Shown here one piece after another: positions 1 through 9,212 of a stretch of DNA of 27,293 nt; within the stretch, counting starts at the first letter, position 1, and the number at the start of each line of letters is the position of its first letter. The stretch is taken from positions 1-27,293 of the forward strand of contig JAEOTS010000015.1 of NCBI GenBank assembly GCA_016839745.1, read 5' to 3'. Origin of the DNA: Promethearchaeota archaeon (lineage in GTDB: Archaea; Asgardarchaeota; Lokiarchaeia; Sigyniarchaeales; SOKP01). The notes under the pieces were generated by a model. That model was not told the DNA's origin. It saw nothing but the letters and a program-made list of their open reading frames with translations, and made no database searches. The position numbers and the translations under genes are program-made.

Positions 1-63
1 TTTAGCAAGTTCATCGAACACTTCTGAAATTTTAGCGTTATACTTTTTCTCTATATAAGACAT
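1..63 (-). CDS. 5' end of a gene running off the left edge of the window (hypothetical protein)
   Basis: The reverse strand reads ATG at 63..61 and stays open to base 1: MSYIEKKYNAKISEVFDELAK. It is preceded by an AT-rich intergenic region. Too short to assign. Confidence 0.55.
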   Translation of the reverse strand, partial: MSYIEKKYNAKISEVFDELAK

Positions 64-183
64 TCTTATAAATAACATAAAGTAATCATATATAACAATA
101 TTTTTTCACAACTTCATAAACTAACCTTATTTTTTAAGGGATAAATTAAAAAAAAAAGAGTACTTAGTGCGATTAAAACTCAA

Positions 184-1392
184 TTAAAGACCGAATATTC
201 TTGCTGCTGTCATAATGGATCCGCTTATTAGAGAAACAGTAAAGTTATCGTTGAGTTGAAAGGAAAATAGCTCAACAAGAGGCGCAGCTATCCCACCAAT
301 TATCAAAATAAGTATAGGTATACCTATAGTATTATAAAGGATGAACCCGCTGATTAACACGCATCCAAAATACGCTAATGTACCCTCCAATGTTTTCTGA
401 AATATTTTATGCCTACCATACGCTAATCCAAATATCTTGCTAAAAATATCACCAAAAATTAGGAAAGTTAGCGCTGTAATTGCGATATCTTTATCAAACA
501 ATAGAATAGAAATGAATGTAGCTACGAGAAATATAGTCATAGAAGAAAACTTCTTTTCTTCGCCTTTCTTAAAAATCGACTTGATTTTAACCGTCAATAG
601 ATCGTTTGTTTGTTTATTTAAGAATCTTGTCAACTCAAGCGTAATAAAAGCAATAGCAACAATCCCTATGATAAGAAGAGCGATAATTTTATCGAAGATA
701 ATGTAAAAGAAGATAAACAAAAAGGCAAACGGTCTTGTAGCCACCCGCCACCAATGAGTTTTGAAGTTTTCATCTTCAATTTTTATAACTTTTCCTTTTA
801 TCGTATCATAGAGCGAAACTGACATGTCATACACAACAACAATTAAAAAGAAGAGGTTATAAGGATTTCCAGGATAGTATAGAAACGCAGCGTATCCAAT
901 TAAACCAAGAGCTATAATCGCTACAATTATTCCAGTTTTCGTTACATAAACAAAAATGGCGAGTACAAAAATTAAATATATGAAAATAAAAATTAGCATT
1001 TCGAGACTAGTAAGTAGATAATTTAACAAATAGGCAAGCAAGATGCCTGATGTAGTAGCCATACCTTGACCTCCGCGAAATTTGATATAAAAAGGGAAAA
1101 CATGACCTGCAATAGCTGCTAACCCGCTTAATTGAGCAAATACAAAATCAGCGCCGAGTAATAATGCTAAATAGATCGCTAATATACCTTTAAAAAAATC
1201 AAACGTACCTGTAGGTATAGCATATTTCATGCCTAAACTTTTAAAAGCATTCACCGTTCCAGCAACACCATCCCCTTTTTCCCGTATATCGAAATTTTTC
1301 ATTCTTCCAAAAATATAAGCAGGATTTATTGAACCAATGAAATAACCCAATATTATAGCTACGACATTTATGAAAATTGTGAAAGGCTCCAT
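184..1392 (-). CDS. plsY: Fusion of a PlsY-like glycerol-3-phosphate acyltransferase domain (N-terminal) and a CTP-dependent dolichol/phytol/diacylglycerol kinase-like membrane domain (C-terminal)
   Basis: The N-terminal half has PlsY-type motifs GYFIGSINPA, DIREKGDGVAGTVN, DFFKG and GHVFPFYIKFRGGQGMAT. The C-terminal half has GDIFSKIFGLAYGRHKIFQKTLEGT and ELFSFQLNDNFTV, typical of the CTP-transferase/dolichol-kinase superfamily. The protein is hydrophobic throughout. Confidence 0.8.
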   Translation of the reverse strand: MEPFTIFINVVAIILGYFIGSINPAYIFGRMKNFDIREKGDGVAGTVNAFKSLGMKYAIPTGTFDFFKGILAIYLALLLGADFVFAQLSGLAAIAGHVFPFYIKFRGGQGMATTSGILLAYLLNYLLTSLEMLIFIFIYLIFVLAIFVYVTKTGIIVAIIALGLIGYAAFLYYPGNPYNLFFLIVVVYDMSVSLYDTIKGKVIKIEDENFKTHWWRVATRPFAFLFIFFYIIFDKIIALLIIGIVAIAFITLELTRFLNKQTNDLLTVKIKSIFKKGEEKKFSSMTIFLVATFISILLFDKDIAITALTFLIFGDIFSKIFGLAYGRHKIFQKTLEGTLAYFGCVLISGFILYNTIGIPILILIIGGIAAPLVELFSFQLNDNFTVSLISGSIMTAARIFGL

Positions 1393-1506
1393 AGGATCAC
1401 GATTTAGAGTTTAAAAATTGTATGTACTATGATATTATTATTCACTTCCTTTTATAGGTATGTGTAGAAACAGAAATTTCTTAAATAATTAGGAATTCAT
1501 GAGCAT

Positions 1507-3237
1507 TTAGAGATGGAGGTACATAAATCGCTCCATATAGTATAAAAAAATTTGATTATAATAACCAGAAAAATAAAAATCACTGGAATGTCCTCCTAAC
1601 AACATCCATATAATAGCACACTTCGTGTTCCCTTTTGCTAAATAAGCGTCTCGAAAGTTGTTACTAATCCCAAAATAGGTGAGAACATCGTGAGTTCCCT
1701 GAAAGATTAAACACGGTGGACTTTCCGCTTCGACTAATTTCTCAGGGTCGGTAAATTCTTCACTTCCACCAATTCCAAAATGCTTCATCTGTCCATTTGA
1801 GGGATAAAATGGAATCAATCCTTTTATTGTCAGGTTCTGACTAAATAAGCTGGGATAATTTCCACTCGCTATTGCTAAACCTGCTGCACTTGCGAGATGT
1901 CCTCCTGCAGATCCTCCGCTAATGAAAACAGAATCCAAATTTGCCCCGTAAATATCGGCATTTAAAGTAATATATTTAGTAAATTCCCCTATATGACGAA
2001 TCATATCATCAATATTAAAAGCTCCCTTATTATAACTAGGAGTAATGAAATCCATTACTGCAACTGAGGAATCATACAATCCATATTGGATATCAAAAAC
2101 TATGTACCCTTGAGCCGCGAAATACTTATTCATCTGCATCATGTTTGACTTTCCTTTATCACCTGATACCCATCCTCCCCCGTGAATCCGAATTAATGTG
2201 GAATTCTGTCCTGGAAGATTATCACTTCTCCCTAATGGCATATATGCATCAAAATATAATTTAATACTCTCATTGTCATAAAATAAAACATTCTCTATAA
2301 TATTGCAATCTTCAGAAGGAATTCCTAAATAATACCCTGCTGTCGAAAAAGAAGTTTGTAGAAAGTAATCGTTTGTCTCATCGGGAATTTCTTGATGCCA
2401 ATTTTGCCCAAACGCCTCTGAAAAGCGTATTTCAGCATTTATTGAAGTGATGTTTGAAAGAAATAAAGGGCTTAGTAATGCTATAGAAACAAAAACTCCT
2501 ACGAGAGCTACTCTGCGAAATCTTTTTCGATCCCATCTCTCCCGCTTTAGCTTCAAAAGAATGATTGTGTTAGATAGGAAGATAAACGATAGGAAAACCC
2601 CATACTGAGACGATATAAAAGTGAGTTGTGTGGCTACAAACTCAAACACTCCAAAAAGAGTTACAAAAGCACAAAAAGCACCAAAAATGAAACCCGTCCA
2701 AGAAACCACTACTAAAATTTTCCTTAGAATACCTTGAAATCTTAAATTTTTCACGGATTTTCTTCGATTGCTTCCATTATCTTGCCCCCACAATTCAGGG
2801 TTCTTTCTTGTAAAGATGTCAAATGATCCCATTAGAATACCAAATGTTAAAATTCCAAAGTAGGAAAGATGAGTCAATGCATATCCTCCCAAAAATCCAC
2901 CTGAAATTTCCCCAGAACTTAACAAATTGCCCTGCATCATACCAAACATAGCCAATATAATAAAAATTAGAAAAACAAAACAAGTTATATATATTTTATA
3001 CCCTATTTTACTCCTTTTGTTAACTCTCAACAAATTAAGGTATACTAGTAAGAGGTTATCAAAAAAAGTGATCGTTAATATTACTCCAAATACGTCCCAA
3101 AAGAACATATGACTAGGAATAGCTATATATAATAATCCTGAGACAAAACAAAATACATTTAATAGAATTAAGGAATAACTTACATTCTTTATAGTAATAA
3201 TCCTTTGAATTTTCCGCATAATATATTTTAAATTCAA
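1507..3237 (-). CDS. Membrane-anchored alpha/beta hydrolase (HSL-like esterase/lipase) with an N-terminal multi-pass membrane domain
   Basis: Oxyanion motif HGGGW, nucleophile GGSAGG (GxSxG), acid in QGTHD and His in GGHSSD. About seven hydrophobic segments lie in the first ~260 aa. TTG start at 3237, alternative ATG at 3219. Confidence 0.85.
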   Translation of the reverse strand: MNLKYIMRKIQRIITIKNVSYSLILLNVFCFVSGLLYIAIPSHMFFWDVFGVILTITFFDNLLLVYLNLLRVNKRSKIGYKIYITCFVFLIFIILAMFGMMQGNLLSSGEISGGFLGGYALTHLSYFGILTFGILMGSFDIFTRKNPELWGQDNGSNRRKSVKNLRFQGILRKILVVVSWTGFIFGAFCAFVTLFGVFEFVATQLTFISSQYGVFLSFIFLSNTIILLKLKRERWDRKRFRRVALVGVFVSIALLSPLFLSNITSINAEIRFSEAFGQNWHQEIPDETNDYFLQTSFSTAGYYLGIPSEDCNIIENVLFYDNESIKLYFDAYMPLGRSDNLPGQNSTLIRIHGGGWVSGDKGKSNMMQMNKYFAAQGYIVFDIQYGLYDSSVAVMDFITPSYNKGAFNIDDMIRHIGEFTKYITLNADIYGANLDSVFISGGSAGGHLASAAGLAIASGNYPSLFSQNLTIKGLIPFYPSNGQMKHFGIGGSEEFTDPEKLVEAESPPCLIFQGTHDVLTYFGISNNFRDAYLAKGNTKCAIIWMLLGGHSSDFYFSGYYNQIFLYYMERFMYLHL

Positions 3238-3644
3238 TAAAACCGCTTACGCAATTGTCACTTCTTAACTGGGACTCGTATACCTTTCAATCAAGCTTAT
3301 AATTATATCTTAACTCGATGATTTAAACCCTTAGTATTAATTAGGATAAAATGTTGTCACAAAATAAAGACAGCCATAATTTTCCTTATTTGTTCAAAAT
3401 TGGAATATAAGACTAAAAAGTAAAAATTTAAATATCATAAATTATGCATTTGAACACGGTTCTAAGTTATTTAGTGATAACTACCTTTAATTAGCTCTTT
3501 CTGATTTAGATTACGACTGGATATTTACTCAAATTTTAATGTTTTTCATGTATTATTATAATAATTCAAAATTAATTCAGATTAAACTTTTCTTCTATAC
3601 ATAATTATTATTAATATTCAATTATCTCAAAGTGAAAAACAAAG

Positions 3645-5303
3645 ATGATAGAGAAGCCGAAGATACAACCTCATCATTGGATAGATAAATTAACATCTGA
3701 TTTAATCGAGAATTGGCCAGGAATAAAAAATTTTAACTGTAATTGTGGAATTTCTGTATCTGGTCGACAACATATTGGACGCTTAAGAGGAGAGATAGTC
3801 CTTACGAATGCCGTTGCAAATGAACTCCAAAATCGGGGATATCAAGTCACACACAATTTAATTCTCTATACATCAGACCCATGGAAGGGGAAACCTGCTC
3901 AATTAAAAGCATTTCCAGATTTGAAGAAAGCAAAAGAATATGTTAATTGGCGTTTAATCGATGTCCCTTCTCCTAAGAATCATAAGGAAACCTGGGTTGA
4001 TTATTATTGGAGAGATTTTGGGGAACCAATGCCTAAATTTGGACGAGGCATTCAAATCATCAGAACTCATGAATTATACCAACAAGAGAGAATGAAAGAT
4101 GTAGTAATCGAGCTCATTAACAAAAAAGAAAAGGTCCGAGAAATCTTAAACAAATACCGTAAAGAAAATCCCTTTCCCGAAAATTGGATTCCCATTAATC
4201 CACTATGTCAGCATTGTAATCGAATAGGTACAACCAAAGCTTTGGATGTTAATCTTGATACATATCAAGTTCGTTATTTCTGTGATGATTGTAAGAACGA
4301 AGGATGGTCGGATATTAGCAAGGGAAAATTAACTTGGCGTCTTGAATGGTTGGCAATATGGTACGTTCTTGATATACATTTTGAACCGTATGGAAAGGAC
4401 CATGCTACACCAGGAGGATCCCGCGATAGTTGTATTGAAGTTCTAGAGTCTGTCTTAAATCGTAGAGGTCCATACGGGTTTTGGAATGAATGGGTTGGTT
4501 ACTCAGAAGGTCGAAAAGATTTTGGAGATATGACAAGCTCAGGTTTCATCGGGTTCACACCAACAAAATGGTTAGAATATGCTGAACCAGAAGTATTGAA
4601 ATATATTTATCTCAAAACACCTCCAAAAAAACGTATAATTCTGGGTTTAGATAAGATCCCAAGTTATATTGCAGAATACGATCGAGCCCAGAGAATCTAT
4701 CATAAAATAGAATCGTTTACTGATTCAACCGAACTCCATACAATTCAAAGAAGTTATGAAATTGTGTTTTATAATGACATTCCAGATTATACAGGATTTC
4801 AATTTGACTATCAAACTGCGATTATTCTATCCCAATTAGTAACTCCTGATCAAAAGGGAACTGAACAAGCTATTGAAAAATTGTTAGCAACAGAAATTTT
4901 AAAAGAAAGCCCTTCGAAGGAGATTTTTGACCATATTGAAAAAAGATTAAATCTAGCTAAGAATTGGGTAAATTCAGAATATTCTCCAAAACATCTTAGA
5001 ATACAATTAAGTGAACATGTTTCTCCAGTTGTTTTAAGGCAGTTCAGCGAAAAGATACGTAAGTTTGCATTAGATCTTGGACAAATACTCGAAGAAACAA
5101 AGTGGACTGAGGAAGGGATAAAACAAAAAATGATAACCTTACGAGAAGAAGCTGAAATAAATCGTAAAGACATGAAGCAATTCTTTGAACTGCTCTATCA
5201 ATTGTTTCTTGGAAGCACAAAGGGTCCTCGGTTTGCTCCATTTATAGCTGCCTTGGATAAAAAATGGGTTATTAGTAGGTTTCAAGAAATTGGAAATCTC
5301 TAG
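3645..5303 (+). CDS. lysS: Class I lysyl-tRNA synthetase
   Basis: HIGH-like GISVSGRQHIGRLRGE, Zn motifs CQHC and CDDC, GKLTWRLEW, FEPYGKDHATPGGS, KMSKS-like DMTSSG, and C-terminal LFLGSTKGPRFAPF anticodon-domain motif. Confidence 0.96.
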   Translation: MIEKPKIQPHHWIDKLTSDLIENWPGIKNFNCNCGISVSGRQHIGRLRGEIVLTNAVANELQNRGYQVTHNLILYTSDPWKGKPAQLKAFPDLKKAKEYVNWRLIDVPSPKNHKETWVDYYWRDFGEPMPKFGRGIQIIRTHELYQQERMKDVVIELINKKEKVREILNKYRKENPFPENWIPINPLCQHCNRIGTTKALDVNLDTYQVRYFCDDCKNEGWSDISKGKLTWRLEWLAIWYVLDIHFEPYGKDHATPGGSRDSCIEVLESVLNRRGPYGFWNEWVGYSEGRKDFGDMTSSGFIGFTPTKWLEYAEPEVLKYIYLKTPPKKRIILGLDKIPSYIAEYDRAQRIYHKIESFTDSTELHTIQRSYEIVFYNDIPDYTGFQFDYQTAIILSQLVTPDQKGTEQAIEKLLATEILKESPSKEIFDHIEKRLNLAKNWVNSEYSPKHLRIQLSEHVSPVVLRQFSEKIRKFALDLGQILEETKWTEEGIKQKMITLREEAEINRKDMKQFFELLYQLFLGSTKGPRFAPFIAALDKKWVISRFQEIGNL

Positions 5304-5436
5304 GGAAAAAAAATTTAAAGAAGATACTGTATGACTAGTCTTGTTTAATTCTTAAACGAATTTAGACTACTCAGAAAATAAAAATATATATGAAAAAAAA
5401 AATAATAAAAAACTTTTGAAGCTAGTTCTTAACCGA

Positions 5437-6360
5437 TTAAGCTAATTTCATTCTAATTTGCTTAGATCGGGACCGTAATGTGACCTCTGTTACCTTGGCC
5501 ACTTCTGAGACTTCTGCTTGTGTTTTTCGGCAGTTACTTGATTTGGCCGCCATATATATTACACTTGCCGCTAAGCCTTTAGGGTCTTTCCCTGTTCTTA
5601 ATAGTCCGTTTTTTGACGCGTCTGCGAGCATGTCGATCGCTTTCTTCTGAACTTCCATTGGTAATCCCAAATCGTTTCCGAATCGAAATACTAACTGTTC
5701 GGCTGTAATTGGTTTGTACCTTAGATTTAATTCAGGTAAAACTTCTTTTACAATCATTCCTAAGCTTCTATGAACAGTTCTTCGTGGAGTCATAGAAGCA
5801 TCGCAAACTTCCTCTAATAAACGTGGAAATTCGTGAACCCTGATTGCAGCGTATAATGAAGCAGCAATAAAACCATCAATTGATCTTCCCATGGTTAACT
5901 TCTTCCTTGCAACAACGCTATAAATTTTCCATGCTGTTTCTTTGATATACTCTGGAATGTTTAATTTCGACGTAAGCATTTTTAACTTTGGTTTTGCTTC
6001 CCAAAAGTTTCTTTCAATGCTGGAAATTAAGGAATTCTGAATTTTTGAAAGTCTGGAAAACAGAGTTTTTCCCTTTGCATTAATCAATCTTCCTTTTGAA
6101 TCGATCTTTGAATTTGGTAACATGGTTCTTGGCCCGAACTCTCTCCATCGTGGTTCGGTCCGTCTTCGTTTATTTACTTCTTCTACTGTGTATGCTCTCC
6201 TCTCATTTCCAACTAAGTTCCTACTCTGAATCATTCCGCAGTTTAAACAGACAACATCACCATCTTTTGACTCAACTGAAGGATCTTCGCAACACTGTCC
6301 ACTAGGACTATCCTCTTCTGAATCTCCCTTTGTTGATCGTAGGCGGTCTCGATATGACAT
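5437..6360 (-). CDS. tfb: Transcription initiation factor IIB (archaeal TFB)
   Basis: N-terminal Zn ribbon (CC...VVCLNCG), ERNF, and two cyclin repeats with GRSIDGFIAASLYAAIR, GKDPKGLAASVIY and TQAEVSEVAKVTEVTLRSR. Confidence 0.95.
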   Translation of the reverse strand: MSYRDRLRSTKGDSEEDSPSGQCCEDPSVESKDGDVVCLNCGMIQSRNLVGNERRAYTVEEVNKRRRTEPRWREFGPRTMLPNSKIDSKGRLINAKGKTLFSRLSKIQNSLISSIERNFWEAKPKLKMLTSKLNIPEYIKETAWKIYSVVARKKLTMGRSIDGFIAASLYAAIRVHEFPRLLEEVCDASMTPRRTVHRSLGMIVKEVLPELNLRYKPITAEQLVFRFGNDLGLPMEVQKKAIDMLADASKNGLLRTGKDPKGLAASVIYMAAKSSNCRKTQAEVSEVAKVTEVTLRSRSKQIRMKLA

Positions 6361-6757
6361 ATATTTTCACTTTATTCTTTGTTCGTTTTTGTTAAATAAT
6401 GATTATTCAATTAATACGCAAACTTTTTCGTTAAAATGTATGATCATTATACATTATAAGTTTTTCGAAAATATTACTACAAATAATCTTATTATTATTA
6501 TATATATTGTAAAATATGTAACTCCACTATATAAAAATGTTTTTATCTACAGACGTGATATGTCCCAGAACAAACTTCTAAGTGAGATTTGCGGGTATAT
6601 AATGGGAAAAAGTCAGTTTATTTTTTATAAGTTAATGTTTTCGGATTTTGCTGTTACGCGGTTATTGGAAATCTTTTATATGATATTATCACAAACTAGA
6701 TTATTGCATAATTTTATCGCCCAGTTGTATGGATTAATCTCCAAATTCTCTACAAAT

Positions 6758-7798
6758 TTATTCCTCAATTTTGTTAAAATTTAGTAATTTTCTTGTTATT
6801 TTATTAAAAACCATCTCTACATTGTAGCCTGTTAGAGCAGAAATTTCAAGATATTCAAGGTCTAAAGAATATGAGAGCCTTAACGCATCCCTCTCGCTTA
6901 TAATTCTTTTTTTAACCAAATCCTTCTTATTTCCAATAAGATAACCATTTAGAGCTATATTATTTTTCAAGTAATTTTTTATATCTTGGTGCCATTTTGG
7001 AACATTAGCAAAAGACATTGGATTCGTTAAATCAAAAATAAATAGTAGGATGTTCGCACCCTCATAAAATTTCTTTCTTATGAGTTCAAATTTGGTTTGA
7101 CCTCCCAAATCCCACAACACTAATTCTACAATGTTAGTATCAATATTAAAGATTTTTTGTGTGATATTTAGACCCATCGTTGGAATATATGCCCTAAGAA
7201 ACACGTTATCAGTAAATCTCAGGATTGTAGATGTTTTACCTACCCTCGGGTCTCCTAGGACTACGACTTTAAATTTCCTTTTTTCTACTTGATTATCTTC
7301 AATGATTAATCTTGAGGGTTCTTCTTTCTTTGATACGTACTGGCTTTTAGAAGACAAATATTCTGTTAAATTGCATAAAATGATATGCAATTTCACAATT
7401 TCTTCGTATATTAATTCGTCTATAGTACCATTTTTCTTGAGGGTGAGCATAGTGCTAACAGTTTTACTAAAATATGAATCGATATAACTCATATATCGGT
7501 AATATATCTGATCATTTTCTTCAGCAAATAAAAAGATTATCGCAGACTTAGAAATTCCTTCTTTTTTAGTAGGATCTTCTCTTTTAAAATATTTAATTAA
7601 TACTTTTATTTTTAGAGGTGAAATAGGAAAAATTAAGAGAACTTCCGGGATGAAAGTTGGATCACCAGATATAATCGAAATACACTCCTCAACAATATCT
7701 CTTCGGTATTTCTCTGATAGATTATAAGGATACCAAAAATTAATCTTTGGAGTATCCTTATCTATATCCAGATAAATGATTGCGTTTGTAGAATCCAT
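6758..7798 (-). CDS. Rab-like small GTPase with an N-terminal ~150-aa longin/uDENN-like domain
   Basis: G1 GDPRVGKT, G2 YIPTMG, G3 WDLGGQ, G4 NKKD, G5 SAL, plus Rab-like FYEGA. The N-terminal IIYLDIDKDTPKINFWYP resembles the beta-hairpin-Pro start of uDENN/NPRL2-type longins (inferred). Confidence 0.9.
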   Translation of the reverse strand: MDSTNAIIYLDIDKDTPKINFWYPYNLSEKYRRDIVEECISIISGDPTFIPEVLLIFPISPLKIKVLIKYFKREDPTKKEGISKSAIIFLFAEENDQIYYRYMSYIDSYFSKTVSTMLTLKKNGTIDELIYEEIVKLHIILCNLTEYLSSKSQYVSKKEEPSRLIIEDNQVEKRKFKVVVLGDPRVGKTSTILRFTDNVFLRAYIPTMGLNITQKIFNIDTNIVELVLWDLGGQTKFELIRKKFYEGANILLFIFDLTNPMSFANVPKWHQDIKNYLKNNIALNGYLIGNKKDLVKKRIISERDALRLSYSLDLEYLEISALTGYNVEMVFNKITRKLLNFNKIEE

Positions 7799-7855
7799 TT
7801 CAATCTAAATTAAATCGATAATTCTTATATTAAATTACTAATTCACTGATTTAAA

Positions 7856-9136
7856 TTATTTGTTTATTAATGGAAGAATTTGTGGTCCATTAGGTAAAAT
7901 AAGTATGGACGCGTCTTTTCCATGTTTTATTATAGATTGTTTTATTGCATTTTCTACAGTGTTAGCATATTTTAAACCGATATTTCCGATTTCCTCCTCT
8001 TTCATATTAGATACAAGATATACTTCAGACTTCATTAATATTCGGGCTAATACTTGAATTTCCCATTGATCAGGTATAACTATATCTTTCTTTAGGATTT
8101 TATTATAGATTTCTTCTGGAGCTTTTCCAGAAAAAATAAGCTCTTTAAACTTATCTTGTCCTACGCCAACTCCTTCTTTGCACTCATTTACTGAAATTAT
8201 AGTGCCTCCTCGCTTTACACCCATTTCTCCGATTGCCATACTTTTTACAGCTTGATAAAGGTTGAGATCTAAAGGGAAACCTCCATTTCCACAAACCACG
8301 ATATCGAACAATTCTTTAATTTCCTTGAAAATATGTTTGCTTTGATAATCAACTAATCTTTTATGAACCAATTCTAAATCACCAGCAGCTACTTGAATGA
8401 TTTCGTGTTTTTTATTAATGCATACATTAATAGTGAAATCTACACCAACTTTTCTTGCATGTCTAGATGAATGTTCAGGTAGTGGATTATTTTCATAGAT
8501 TCCAAATCGGGCATACGGAGAAGCTATATTTTCGGCGGAGTGATTTGCTAATATAGTTTCAGCACCTGCTAAACCAGGAACAATGGATTTATATCCCCCC
8601 GAAAAACCAAAGAAAAAGTGAGGTTCAACATATCCGGTTAAAATTTTTAGATCGCTTTCATAATAGTGTTTATTTATATCAATAGGATTCTCAAAATCGT
8701 TAGTTTGTAATGATACCAGAGATTTCTTATCGGTTGCAATGTGATTGATTATTTGAACATCACTGGTTAAAATTGAACCTAAAATTCTATTTAGTTCCTC
8801 TTTATGGGTTGGGCGGTGCAATCCCGTGGCAATTAAGATCCTGATATTTTTATATTGAATTCCATAATTTGTCAATTCTTTTAAAAGCCCTTCTAGAATA
8901 AGATGAGTTGGAACTGGTCGCGTTGCATCTGAAACTACAATACATACAGACTTGATCTTATTTTTATTTTTTATAATTGCCTTTAATGAGTTATTTCCCA
9001 CAGGATTTTTAATAGCATCCCTGATCGCTTTAATTGGATTTTCGATTGGAAATAGCTCCGTAGGTTGAATAATTTTCGTGTTCCAATTAGGATCAATCTC
9101 TAACTGAATTCCATTTTTTCCGTAGTCTAATTTCAT
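7856..9136 (-). CDS. larA: LarA-family nickel-pincer-dependent racemase/epimerase (DUF2088)
   Basis: SDATRP, IATGLHR, EPHFFFGFSGGYKSIVPG, PLDLNLYQAVK, DQWE. Substrate specificity is not determinable from the sequence. Confidence 0.9.
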   Translation of the reverse strand: MKLDYGKNGIQLEIDPNWNTKIIQPTELFPIENPIKAIRDAIKNPVGNNSLKAIIKNKNKIKSVCIVVSDATRPVPTHLILEGLLKELTNYGIQYKNIRILIATGLHRPTHKEELNRILGSILTSDVQIINHIATDKKSLVSLQTNDFENPIDINKHYYESDLKILTGYVEPHFFFGFSGGYKSIVPGLAGAETILANHSAENIASPYARFGIYENNPLPEHSSRHARKVGVDFTINVCINKKHEIIQVAAGDLELVHKRLVDYQSKHIFKEIKELFDIVVCGNGGFPLDLNLYQAVKSMAIGEMGVKRGGTIISVNECKEGVGVGQDKFKELIFSGKAPEEIYNKILKKDIVIPDQWEIQVLARILMKSEVYLVSNMKEEEIGNIGLKYANTVENAIKQSIIKHGKDASILILPNGPQILPLINK

Positions 9137-9212
9137 TAATATTATGTCTTATTCTATCTTATCAATATCTATTCCAAAACTCGCAATTGATTTATAATTG
9201 CTCATTCAAATT

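Noticed and set aside
3645-5303. Atypical HIGR and DMTSSG motifs in LysRS as a sign of inactivation
   Set aside because: The rest of the enzyme is intact and such variants fall within class I LysRS variation.
5304-5436. A/T tracts between convergent genes (also near 147..157 and 18820..18850) as terminators
   Set aside because: They are compatible with archaeal oligo-T terminators but cannot be told apart from the AT-rich background without transcript data.
6389-6784. 131-aa plus-strand ORF upstream of tfb
   Set aside because: TTG start, composition typical of AT-rich non-coding DNA (I/F/N/Y-rich), no motifs, and it overlaps the end of the GTPase gene. Probably spurious.
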